From an uncultured Acidobacteriota bacterium (lineage in GTDB: Bacteria; Acidobacteriota; Thermoanaerobaculia; Multivoradales; JAHEKO01), in assembly GCA_963713825.1 (NCBI GenBank), contig CAVQNG010000001.1, positions 288,001-352,000 of the forward strand: DNA of 64,000 nucleotides, read 5' to 3'. This document shows positions 51,456 to 59,550 of this stretch, piece by piece (the stretch's first letter is position 1; each line of letters opens with the position of its first letter). A program made the position numbers and the translations under genes. Below the pieces are notes generated by a model. The model did not search any database. It had not been told where the DNA came from and saw only the letters and a program-made list of their open reading frames with translations.

Positions 51456-51489
51456 TGGTTCCCAAGGTTCAGGTTGCTACACTAGACGC

Positions 51490-51957
51490 ATGAGACCCGT
51501 ACCTCGACTTGCCTGCGCGCTCATGATGGCCCTGGGGATTTTTACCCTCGCCTGCGGTACCTCCGAGGAGCAGGAGAAGCTGAATACGGATGAGATTCAG
51601 GCCGCCCTCGAGAGCTATCTGCCAATTCTGGGAGAGGTCTACGCAACCGGCGATCTGAGCCTGCTCGAGGGCCTGGCTGCCGAGAAGGAGATCGCTCGCA
51701 TCCACAAACGGATCGAGGATCTGTCCTATCAGGGGCGACGGCTGGTGCCCACGTTCCGCGCCCTTACGGTCGAAGACGCCAACGTCTGGAACTACTCTAA
51801 CTGCTATGTCACGACCCTCGAGATATGGGATCTGGAGGTCCGGGCCACAGGCGTGGAACAGGTCCTCTCGAGCCAACTCGAACAGTCGAACCGGGTCAAG
51901 TATCAGTTGAAACGTGAAGATGGTCGCTGGCGGGTCCTCTTTCGGACCATTCAATAG
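51490..51957 (+). CDS. Lipoprotein, NTF2-like/IMS-like fold
   Basis: Lipobox LAC; C-terminal VKYQLKREDGRWRV. Confidence 0.7.
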   Translation: MRPVPRLACALMMALGIFTLACGTSEEQEKLNTDEIQAALESYLPILGEVYATGDLSLLEGLAAEKEIARIHKRIEDLSYQGRRLVPTFRALTVEDANVWNYSNCYVTTLEIWDLEVRATGVEQVLSSQLEQSNRVKYQLKREDGRWRVLFRTIQ

Positions 51958-51965
51958 GGAACGGT

Positions 51966-53267
51966 ATGGGCGTCACGCCTTCGGTGGCCATTGTCGGCCG
52001 ACCCAACGTCGGTAAATCGACGCTCTTCAACCGCTTGCTGCGGCAGCGCAAGGCCATTGTCCACGATCAGCCGGGAGTGACTCGCGATCGGATCACCGGT
52101 CAGATGGAGTTCGAGGATGACCGCGCGGTGCTGCTGGTGGACACCGGTGGCCTGGTGCCGGGTGACGATGATGTTCTGGGGTTGAATCGGCAGGTACTCC
52201 TGGCAGTGGAGGAGAGCGACCTCTTGATTTTCGTCGTGGATGGCAAGGAAGGGCTTGTGGCTGCGGATGAGACCGTCTGGCAGGAGCTCAGAGAGTACTC
52301 CAAGCCCTCGATCTTGGTGGTGAATAAAGCCGACACGCGGGCCGCGCAGGAAGGTCACTACGAGTTCTATCGACTGGGCTTTGAAAAGCAGATTCTGGTC
52401 TCGGCGGAGCATGCCATGGGGATCGGGGAGCTTCATGAGGCGATTGCCGAAATGCTGCCGCCCGCGATCGCGCCGGAGGAGAGCGAGGCTCCGCACCTGG
52501 CCATCGTTGGCCGACCCAACGTCGGAAAGTCCTCCTTGCTGAACCGCATTCTGGGGAGGAACCGAGCCCTCGTATCCCCAGAGCCCGGCACCACCCGAGA
52601 CCCAATCGACACTCTGATCAGTAGTGGTGACAAGGAGTATCTCTTGGTCGATACTGCCGGTATTCGGCGCCGCAGCCGGGTGTCAGGGACGCCAGAGGAG
52701 CTGGCGGTCATGATGGCCAGGCGTCAACTGGATCGGGCGGATGCCGCACTGCTGGTCATCGATGCTTCCCAGGGGATCACCAGTGGAGACTTGGCAATTG
52801 CTGGAACCGCATGGGAGCTGGGTCGGCCGAGCGTGGTGCTGGTCAACAAGTGGGATCTGTTGGACGAAAAGAAGCGAGAGGACCTGGATGAAAGCTGGGA
52901 GAGACTCGAGCAGCTGCTGGCGAGCCCTTCGAGGGTCAACATCTCGGCCTTGACGGGGCGAGGAGTCGAGAAGGTCCTGCCGGCAGCGGCAGAGGTTCTT
53001 GCACTGTTGGCGACCCGCCCAGGGACCTCGGAGCTGAACCGAATCATGGCCACGGCCGTGTCGCGGCATCGGGCTCCACACCTGGCTGGAAAACCCTGGA
53101 AACTACGCTACGCCACCCAGGTCTCCTCTACGCCACCGACCTTCGTCGTCTTTGCCAACCGCCGGCTGCCGCGCCAAGCGCCTTATCGAAGGTATCTAGA
53201 GAACTTCCTCCGCGAAGCGCTGGGGTTATGGGGGATTCCGATACGTTTCGTAATCAGGACGGAGTAG
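51966..53267 (+). CDS. der: Ribosome biogenesis GTPase Der/EngA
   Basis: Two G domains (GRPNVGKST, GRPNVGKSS, DTGG/DTAG), C-terminal KH-like domain. Confidence 0.97.
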   Translation: MGVTPSVAIVGRPNVGKSTLFNRLLRQRKAIVHDQPGVTRDRITGQMEFEDDRAVLLVDTGGLVPGDDDVLGLNRQVLLAVEESDLLIFVVDGKEGLVAADETVWQELREYSKPSILVVNKADTRAAQEGHYEFYRLGFEKQILVSAEHAMGIGELHEAIAEMLPPAIAPEESEAPHLAIVGRPNVGKSSLLNRILGRNRALVSPEPGTTRDPIDTLISSGDKEYLLVDTAGIRRRSRVSGTPEELAVMMARRQLDRADAALLVIDASQGITSGDLAIAGTAWELGRPSVVLVNKWDLLDEKKREDLDESWERLEQLLASPSRVNISALTGRGVEKVLPAAAEVLALLATRPGTSELNRIMATAVSRHRAPHLAGKPWKLRYATQVSSTPPTFVVFANRRLPRQAPYRRYLENFLREALGLWGIPIRFVIRTE

Positions 53268-53301
53268 GGGTCCAAATGCGGTTGCCAACGTCAAAAGCGG
53301 C

Positions 53302-53330
53302 TTGATGATCGTTGGTTCTGGTCATATACT
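53302..53330 (+). promoter_or_regulatory. Sigma70 promoter of the HU/IHF gene
   Basis: TTGATG-N17-TATACT. Confidence 0.65.
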
Positions 53331-53381
53331 TCATGTAGATTCTCAGAAGTGATACTTGAGGTCTCACTCTGTGTAGTGCTA

Positions 53382-53717
53382 ATGGTGAAGAAGCCCGCAT
53401 CGCAGTCGCCGCTCAAGAAAGGCCTGACGAAGGGAGACCTGGCTGGGTTGGTCTATGACCTGCATGGTGGGCTCACCAAGAATGAGGCCGTCGAAGTTGT
53501 CGACACGATCCTCGGAACCGTCAAGGCGAGCCTCCTCGAAGGGCGCAAGGTCAAGATCCCGAACTTCGGAGTCTTCGAAGTGACACGGCGCGAGGGGCGG
53601 CGTGGCGTGAGCCCGGTCAGTGGCGAGTCGATCTTCATCCCGTCCCACAAGGGCCTGAGCTTTCGTCCGGCAAAGAAGTTGCAAAGTGCTGTCGAGGACT
53701 CGCGGTCCGAGGACTGA
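53382..53717 (+). CDS. ihfA: HU/IHF family DNA-binding protein (IHF alpha-like)
   Basis: LTKGDL, VKIPNFGVF, RRGVSPVSGE, FRPAKKL; ihfA-merR-tRNA-Pro synteny. Confidence 0.75.
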   Translation: MVKKPASQSPLKKGLTKGDLAGLVYDLHGGLTKNEAVEVVDTILGTVKASLLEGRKVKIPNFGVFEVTRREGRRGVSPVSGESIFIPSHKGLSFRPAKKLQSAVEDSRSED

Positions 53718-53783
53718 TTCGCGATCACGTGCTGTTCATCGAAGTAATGGCTGGGTTCGCATTCGCGAGATAGGAGTTATCTG

Positions 53784-54281
53784 GTGGCAAAGAAGCTCTA
53801 TTACAAAATCGGTGAAGCCTGCAAGATCTTGGACATCCAGCCCTATGTGCTGCGGTATTGGGAGACGGAGTTCTCCTCTCTGAGTCCAAGCAAGAGCAAG
53901 TCTGGCCAGCGCACCTACACGGAAGACGATCTCAAGGTCATCGGGCGCATCAAGGAGTTGCTCTATGAAGAGGGCTTCACGATCGCCGGCGCCAAGAAGA
54001 GACTCGAGGGCGAGCTTGAAGGTGGGGGTCTCAAGCCCCTGAAGCCGGTCGATCTGGGCGGGAAAACTCCCCCGAAAAAGACGGCAGCTACCAAGCCAGA
54101 GAAGCCGCCGAAGGCTCAGTCAGGCAAAGCTGAGGAGAAGGAGAAGGCGGCGGAGCCGGCGAGTCCGAGCGGGGAAGTCGAGTCCGGCAGAGTCGAAGAG
54201 CTCGAAGCCGGAATCGAGGCCGCTCTTGGGCAGGCACGGGAGATCCTCGCCCTCCTAGATACGGGTTCCAAAAAGAGATAA
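53784..54281 (+). CDS. MerR family transcriptional regulator
   Basis: YYKIGEA, YVLRYWETEF, GQRTY, LLYEEGFTIAGA. Confidence 0.92.
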   Translation: MAKKLYYKIGEACKILDIQPYVLRYWETEFSSLSPSKSKSGQRTYTEDDLKVIGRIKELLYEEGFTIAGAKKRLEGELEGGGLKPLKPVDLGGKTPPKKTAATKPEKPPKAQSGKAEEKEKAAEPASPSGEVESGRVEELEAGIEAALGQAREILALLDTGSKKR

Positions 54282-54296
54282 GATCCCGCTTCCGGT

Positions 54297-54373
54297 CGGG
54301 ACGTGGCGCAGCCTGGTAGCGCACCTGAATGGGGTTCAGGGGGTCGCGAGTTCAAATCTCGCCGTCCCGACCA
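54297..54373 (+). tRNA. tRNA-Pro(GGG)
   Basis: CGGGACGTGGCGCAGCCTGGTAGCGCA-CCTGA-ATGGGGT-TCAGG...GTTCAAATC...GTCCCGACCA. Confidence 0.97.
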
Positions 54374-54511
54374 ATCAAGTACCTGCAGATAACCGAGCAC
54401 AATCAAGCGGTACATAGCTTTCCCAAGGGAAGCTCTCTACGACTGTCTGCGATTCGCCTCGACAGGCTACGCTGGAATTGTTGCTCCCACAGGGTCCCAG
54501 CAGGACAGGGC

Positions 54512-54988
54512 CTACCCATCCTGCCCGTACTTCTCCAGCAGGGCCTGAAAGCGGGGGTGGTCGCGAAGGGGATCCCAGCGAGGTTCGCTCCGCAGTAGAG
54601 GTACCGATAGAGAACAGGGGATCGAGAGAAGATAATCGAGTCGATCCACCGCAAGACTCGTTTCACCCACCCAGGAATAGATCTCTGCGAGGTGCATGAC
54701 TTGAATGCACCCGATATAGGCGTCCTTCGCGACCGGCTGCAACTCCACCGCCTTCCTACCTGCTTGGATGGCCTCGGCCTTCACGGGGAGCCTACGATAC
54801 GGTCCTCTGAGAAGTACCTGCTTCTTGTTCAGCGGTGGCTTGAAACCGAGGCACGAGAGACCCACTTCGACCGAACCGATGTCGCATCCTGGCCCTTGTG
54901 GATGAATGATTCCTCGTTGATCGACACCTACGCTCCAGTCATCTGAAGGGATCACGTTGATGGCGGGGCTCTGTACCAGAGGCCGATG
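54512..54988 (-). pseudogene. Mosaic remnant: choice-of-anchor-Q motif, PxKF-like segment and TPR-protein C-terminus
   Basis: SPAINVIP...DQRG...PQGPGCDIGSVE, then GFKPPL...RLPVK, then AGRKAVEL...EPRWDPLRDHPRFQALL; no in-frame start ahead of the first motif. Confidence 0.65.
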
Positions 54989-55204
54989 CTTCCCAAGAAG
55001 GATCGTCTCTTGCTCATGGCGTGGTCGCCCTTGTTTGTCAAATCATACGATCGCCCTACCTAGTGCCATCGGCCTTGGACGTAGGCGCCTGAGGCGTGGT
55101 AGTGTCTCGGAACTCAATTCGGATTGTGCAGTAATCCCCCGCCGCGGATGTCATGCCTTGCGCGTCCGCGTCGACTGAAAGAGACGAGTCGAAGGAGACG
55201 CCTC

Positions 55205-55948
55205 ATGACGCAACGTTGGAATACACCCGTCTGGCCGACGCTGGCCCTTTGCACCTTGATACTCGCGACGCTGGCCTGCGGTGGAGGTGGCGCGGGCTCC
55301 GAGGGATCGGGCTACGCCGTGGCCGACGAGAGCGGGACGACTCCCGCAGTCGAGGCGTCCCCAGACCGCGAGGATCGTGTCACCGTGGTCGAGTCCAGCG
55401 CGACGCTCGAGGGGGTTCCCGACGCCTGCTCGCTCCTCAGCGAGAAGGATCTCGCAGATCTCCTCGCGGTCGATCCTTCCGAGATTGATGTGCGGGCCGT
55501 TCCGGGGTCGGACAGGTGGCACTCTCAGTGCGACTGGAGGGTCGGGTCCGGTCTGAATGTGAGTCGCCGATTGGACCTTACCGTTCAGGCTGCCTACATC
55601 CGTGCCGAGTACGAGGCGGGCATCGCCACTCTGCCCTTTTGGAGCGGCGGCACCGACTTCACGACGGATGACTACGTGCTTTGCATCACTGCCGTCCCGG
55701 ACGCGGAGTTGGTCGAGTATGATCCGCAGTTTGGCGCCGGCGCCTATCTGATCAAGATAGGGTCCCTCACCTATCTTCGCGTCGAATCCAACGTAGCTCT
55801 GGCCTCCGTGCCCGAGGGCATGCCCGACAAGCTGATCCTCAGGCTCTCGATGAGTGGTTCGGACGACTGGCTCGAGGATGCGAGGCTGCAGTTCGTCTTG
55901 GACTCTGCCAGTCGAGCTCTTCACAAGCTCGAGTCGGAAACCGGCTGA
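55205..55948 (+). CDS. Hypothetical lipoprotein (DUF3558-like motif)
   Basis: SD aaggag, lipobox LAC, PDACSLLS...CDW. Confidence 0.7.
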   Translation: MTQRWNTPVWPTLALCTLILATLACGGGGAGSEGSGYAVADESGTTPAVEASPDREDRVTVVESSATLEGVPDACSLLSEKDLADLLAVDPSEIDVRAVPGSDRWHSQCDWRVGSGLNVSRRLDLTVQAAYIRAEYEAGIATLPFWSGGTDFTTDDYVLCITAVPDAELVEYDPQFGAGAYLIKIGSLTYLRVESNVALASVPEGMPDKLILRLSMSGSDDWLEDARLQFVLDSASRALHKLESETG

Positions 55949-56237
55949 GCCTCGGAGGCGGCCTGTCCCAAGCGGCCCACTCTGGAAGCGGACTCGACGC
56001 TGGCGGCAGCCGCGGCGGTCTTGGGGTCCTTCGTGTTCTGAGTCCCGACTCTGCAAGAAGGAGGCGAGGACCTGGATGCTAAGCCTTAATCTGTAGTGAC
56101 TACAGAGGACCACCTTCCAACTCTTGGCGGTTTTGGTCGAGCGCGGGCTCATAGCAGAGCTTCGTCGCCTTGAAAAGCGCCGAGGCGAGGCATATCCCCC
56201 ACGAAAAGACAAGCTGAAGCGAGGTCGCCCGATCCGG

Positions 56238-57065
56238 CTACTGCACGATGATCGACCAGGCGGAAAGATCGCCTGACTCGAAGCTGTCGACAAGGACAGG
56301 GCGGCTGGCGAAGCGCTGCGCTTGCACCACATCAGACCAGGCCGGCAGGTTGAACGCGCCCTGGCTCTCCCACACCACGACGAAGTTTCCCTCCGGATCG
56401 ACCGAGGCTACCTTGGGCGACCCTTGCGCGTAGGTGGTGTAGGAGTTGACCTGGAACTGACCTCCTACGGGCCTCCCGCAAGCATCGAAAAACTGCGCCT
56501 GAACGCTGAGGGTGGTGGTATCCGTACCGTACGACCCTTCACTCTCCCACGCCACGATGAAATTGCCCATGGCGTCTATACCGACTGCGGGCTTGTATTG
56601 ATCTTCGGTCGTGTAGGAGTTGACCTGGAATTGGCCGCCCACAGGCGTGTCACTGGCGTCGAAGCGTTGCCCCTGGATACTCCACCGAGAGGTATCCGTG
56701 CCGTACGAGCCATAGCTCTCCCAAACCACGACGAAGTCTCCCTGTGGGCCGACTGCCACCTCAGGCCAGTCCTGGTTGGAAAAAGTGTAGGTATTGACCT
56801 GGAAATCAATCCCTTTGGGCGTGCCATCGGTTTCGAAGCGCCGCGCCTGAATGCTGCTGGAAGAGGTATCGGTGCCGTACCCGCCGGTGCTGTACCAGAC
56901 CACGACGAAATCGCCCTGCTCGTCCGCGGCCACTTCGGCCTGCTTCTGTGAACCGGTGGTGAAGGCGTTGATCTGGAATTCTCCGCCCAGGGGGACCACT
57001 TCTTGTGCCGGCGCCATCCCTCCAAACAGCAACAGTCCAACCACACACGTCGTCCGCAGCTTCAT
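56238..57065 (-). CDS. Secreted repeat protein (4 x ~58 aa) with C-terminal DSFESGD..WS tag
   Basis: Signal peptide, SD gggagg, repeated GGQFQVNSYT...GNFVVVWES...QRF. Confidence 0.85.
   Translation of the reverse strand: MKLRTTCVVGLLLFGGMAPAQEVVPLGGEFQINAFTTGSQKQAEVAADEQGDFVVVWYSTGGYGTDTSSSSIQARRFETDGTPKGIDFQVNTYTFSNQDWPEVAVGPQGDFVVVWESYGSYGTDTSRWSIQGQRFDASDTPVGGQFQVNSYTTEDQYKPAVGIDAMGNFIVAWESEGSYGTDTTTLSVQAQFFDACGRPVGGQFQVNSYTTYAQGSPKVASVDPEGNFVVVWESQGAFNLPAWSDVVQAQRFASRPVLVDSFESGDLSAWSIIVQ
56304..56987 (-). repeat. Four tandem ~174-bp coding repeats (beta-propeller-like blades)
   Basis: Unit GxxFQ[IV]Nx[FY]T-x3-Q-x2-PxV...G[DN]F[IV]VxW.S.G...Q[AG]xxF repeated four times; boundaries approximate. 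Confidence 0.85.
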
Positions 57066-57104
57066 GGATGCCTCCCTTCCATCGAAAGTCGACTCCTGCG
57101 CCAC

Positions 57105-57198
57105 CCTTCGGAAGCCCGGCGGTCCTTAGGTCCTGGTCGGAGATGAGGACCCGTGGCTTTGTGCGCTCGACCTTGCGGTCGGCTTACCTTTGTCGAGG
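57105..57198 (-). ncRNA. Cyclic di-GMP-I (GEMM-I) riboswitch
   Basis: AAAGGUAAGCCGACC-GCAA-GGUCGAGCGCACAAAGCCACGGGUCCU...AGGACCGCCGGGCUUCCGAA in the 5' UTR of the 57065 gene; GNRA loop and G20/A47/C92 equivalents present. Confidence 0.82.
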
Positions 57199-57324
57199 TA
57201 TACCCACGAATATCACGAGATGGCTCTCGGCACACCACCCGCAGGGGTAGGCCACGCACCAGGCGCACTCTCTCCCCTGTGGGGAAGGGAAGGGAGGGGG
57301 AGGGGAGGGTCCTATGGAACGGAT

Positions 57325-57879
57325 CTACGCAGGAACCTCGGCAGGTTTGTTCAGCAGCTCGTCGACGGTCGTCACGGTGGCTCCGTAGGCCATCTTCAGG
57401 TAGTCGAGGGCTTCGTCTTCGTCAATGCCGTCGAATGCACAGACAGCGTCGCGCGGAATGGTGATGTCGTACCCCCGAATAAGAGCGCCGTAGGAGGTGT
57501 GACGTACGCAGATGTGGGTGTGCTGACCGGTGACGACGACCTCCTGGACACCCAGGGCCTCGAGCTGCTCGTGGAGGCCGGTGCCATCGAAGGCCCCATA
57601 GACCCGCTTTGGGGATAGCCATTCATTCTCTCCCTGCCGGGGTTCGAGCGCGCCGATGACCCGTGCGCCGGGATCGCCCTCCATGGCGTGCTCTCCCCAG
57701 ACCTTCAGCTCTGGGTCGTCCGGCCGATGGGCATCGTTGGAGAAGACGATGGCCCAGCCATGATCGCGTGCATGATCGAGCAGCCGTCGTAGCGGGTCGA
57801 TGATTCGTTCGGCCCGGGGATTGGCCAGCTTGCCATCGACAAAGTCAACCAGCATATCGACCACGATCAGTGCTTTCAT
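57325..57879 (-). CDS. Isochorismatase/nicotinamidase family cysteine hydrolase
   Basis: ALIVVDMLVDF, DAH, WGEHA, KRVYGAF, GQHTHICV. Confidence 0.92.
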   Translation of the reverse strand: MKALIVVDMLVDFVDGKLANPRAERIIDPLRRLLDHARDHGWAIVFSNDAHRPDDPELKVWGEHAMEGDPGARVIGALEPRQGENEWLSPKRVYGAFDGTGLHEQLEALGVQEVVVTGQHTHICVRHTSYGALIRGYDITIPRDAVCAFDGIDEDEALDYLKMAYGATVTTVDELLNKPAEVPA

Positions 57880-58035
57880 ATCGAATTCCTCCCGTCGAGA
57901 GGCGGAGTATAGCGGCTCCGGGAGTGAGTCAGTTTGGGGGCGCTGCCGCGCTGTCGCAAACGAACCGGGATAGGACTTTGGTGAAACGACGGACTTCACT
58001 GCCAGAGCGCGCGTCCACTGCTACCCTGGAAACCG

Positions 58036-59451
58036 ATGTCGACTCGATCCGCTGCGGTTCTGATTCAGGTTTGTCTTTTCGTACTTCTTGCGGAGTCTGC
58101 TACCGGACAGGAGGTCGTGTTCAGCGACGGCTTCGAGTGGGCAGATACCAGCGATTGGTCTCTGGTGGAACCGCCGAGATGCGACAGGATCGAGTCGTTC
58201 GATCGAGGCCTACAGCCAACGACGGAGCTGCACGTCTCGACAGAAGGTGACGACGTCTCGGGCGATGGCTCAATCGGCAGTCCCTACGCAACCATCGAGA
58301 AGGCAGTCGGTGAAGCAGTGCCGGGAACGGCGGTGCGCATTCATTCCGGTACCTACAGTGGTGGTGTCTACCTGGCGGCGGTCTCCGGCACGCTCGACGC
58401 GCCGATCTGGATCGGTGGAGCAGTGGGGGAGACCCGACCGAAGCTGGTCGGAGGAGCGACGGGCCTTCATCTGGTTCGAGCCAAGTACGTGGTGGTTCAC
58501 GATCTGGAAGTCGAGGGTGCCAGTGCCAACGGCATCAACTGCGATGATGGTGGCGACTACAACGATCCGCTGGCCTCGCATCACCTGACCTTTCGCGGCC
58601 TGTCCATCCACGATATCGGAGCTGGAGGCAACGAAGACTGCCTCAAGCTCTCTGGTCTGGATGACTACTGGGTTCTGTTCTCGGACTTCGAGCGCTGTGG
58701 AGGAGGCCAGTCTGGAAGCGGGATCGATCATGTCGGATGTCATCAGGGACTGATTGCTCGCAATCGATTTCAGAACCTGTCCGCCAACGCCGTGCAGTCG
58801 AAAGGTGGAAGTCAGGACATCGAGATTCGCTGGAACCACTTTCTCGAATCCGGGGCTCGCAGCCTGAATCTTGGCGGCAGCACGGGGTTCACCTACTTCA
58901 GGCCTCCCCTGTCCACCAGCGCTCTCAACGCCGAAGCGCGAGACATTCGAGTCATCGCCAATGTGATCGAAGGTTCTGACGCCTCGGCGGCCTATGTCGG
59001 CTGCGTTGGCTGTCTGGTGGCGAACAACACGCTGGTCGATCCGCACAACTGGATTCTCCGCATTCTCCAGGAAACGACCAGCAGTGGCTCTTATGGCTTC
59101 GAGGAGTGCCGAGACGGTGTCTTCGTCAATAACCTCGTCTATTTCGAGCGCGGTGACCTGTCGACCTACGTCAACGTTGGTCCGGACACGGCTCCGGATA
59201 GCTTCACCTTTGCGAACAACCTTTGGTATGCCTGGGACAATCCGGCGCAATCGGAGCCCAATCTGCCAGCACCCGAGGCCAACGGCATCTATGGGCAGGA
59301 TCCCGAGCTCGATTCGCAGCTGCGAATCGTCACGAGCAGTCCGGCCGCTGGTGCAGGGACGGGTACTGTCTGGACGTGGGGTGACCTCGACGGTAGGTGT
59401 TACTCGGGACCTCCCAGCATAGGCGCTTTCGAAGCTCGACCTGTCCATTGA
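58036..59451 (+). CDS. Secreted right-handed beta-helix protein with N-terminal DGFE..D..WS tag
   Basis: Signal peptide; GDGSIGSPYATIEKA (DUF1565-like), beta-helix repeats, C-terminal SPAAGAG...DLDG...PSIGAFE. Confidence 0.85.
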   Translation: MSTRSAAVLIQVCLFVLLAESATGQEVVFSDGFEWADTSDWSLVEPPRCDRIESFDRGLQPTTELHVSTEGDDVSGDGSIGSPYATIEKAVGEAVPGTAVRIHSGTYSGGVYLAAVSGTLDAPIWIGGAVGETRPKLVGGATGLHLVRAKYVVVHDLEVEGASANGINCDDGGDYNDPLASHHLTFRGLSIHDIGAGGNEDCLKLSGLDDYWVLFSDFERCGGGQSGSGIDHVGCHQGLIARNRFQNLSANAVQSKGGSQDIEIRWNHFLESGARSLNLGGSTGFTYFRPPLSTSALNAEARDIRVIANVIEGSDASAAYVGCVGCLVANNTLVDPHNWILRILQETTSSGSYGFEECRDGVFVNNLVYFERGDLSTYVNVGPDTAPDSFTFANNLWYAWDNPAQSEPNLPAPEANGIYGQDPELDSQLRIVTSSPAAGAGTGTVWTWGDLDGRCYSGPPSIGAFEARPVH

Positions 59452-59550
59452 AACGTCGATGTTGCACTCCGCAGTGAGGCGTTGCGACGTAGTAGCCTTG
59501 GGCTGCCGGTGGTTGCACCGACAGCCGGTTCTGCGGGTAGGTGTCTGCGA

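Noticed and set aside
56304-56987. Tandem DNA repeats as a CRISPR array
   Set aside because: In-frame ~174-bp coding repeats with no unique spacers and no cas genes.
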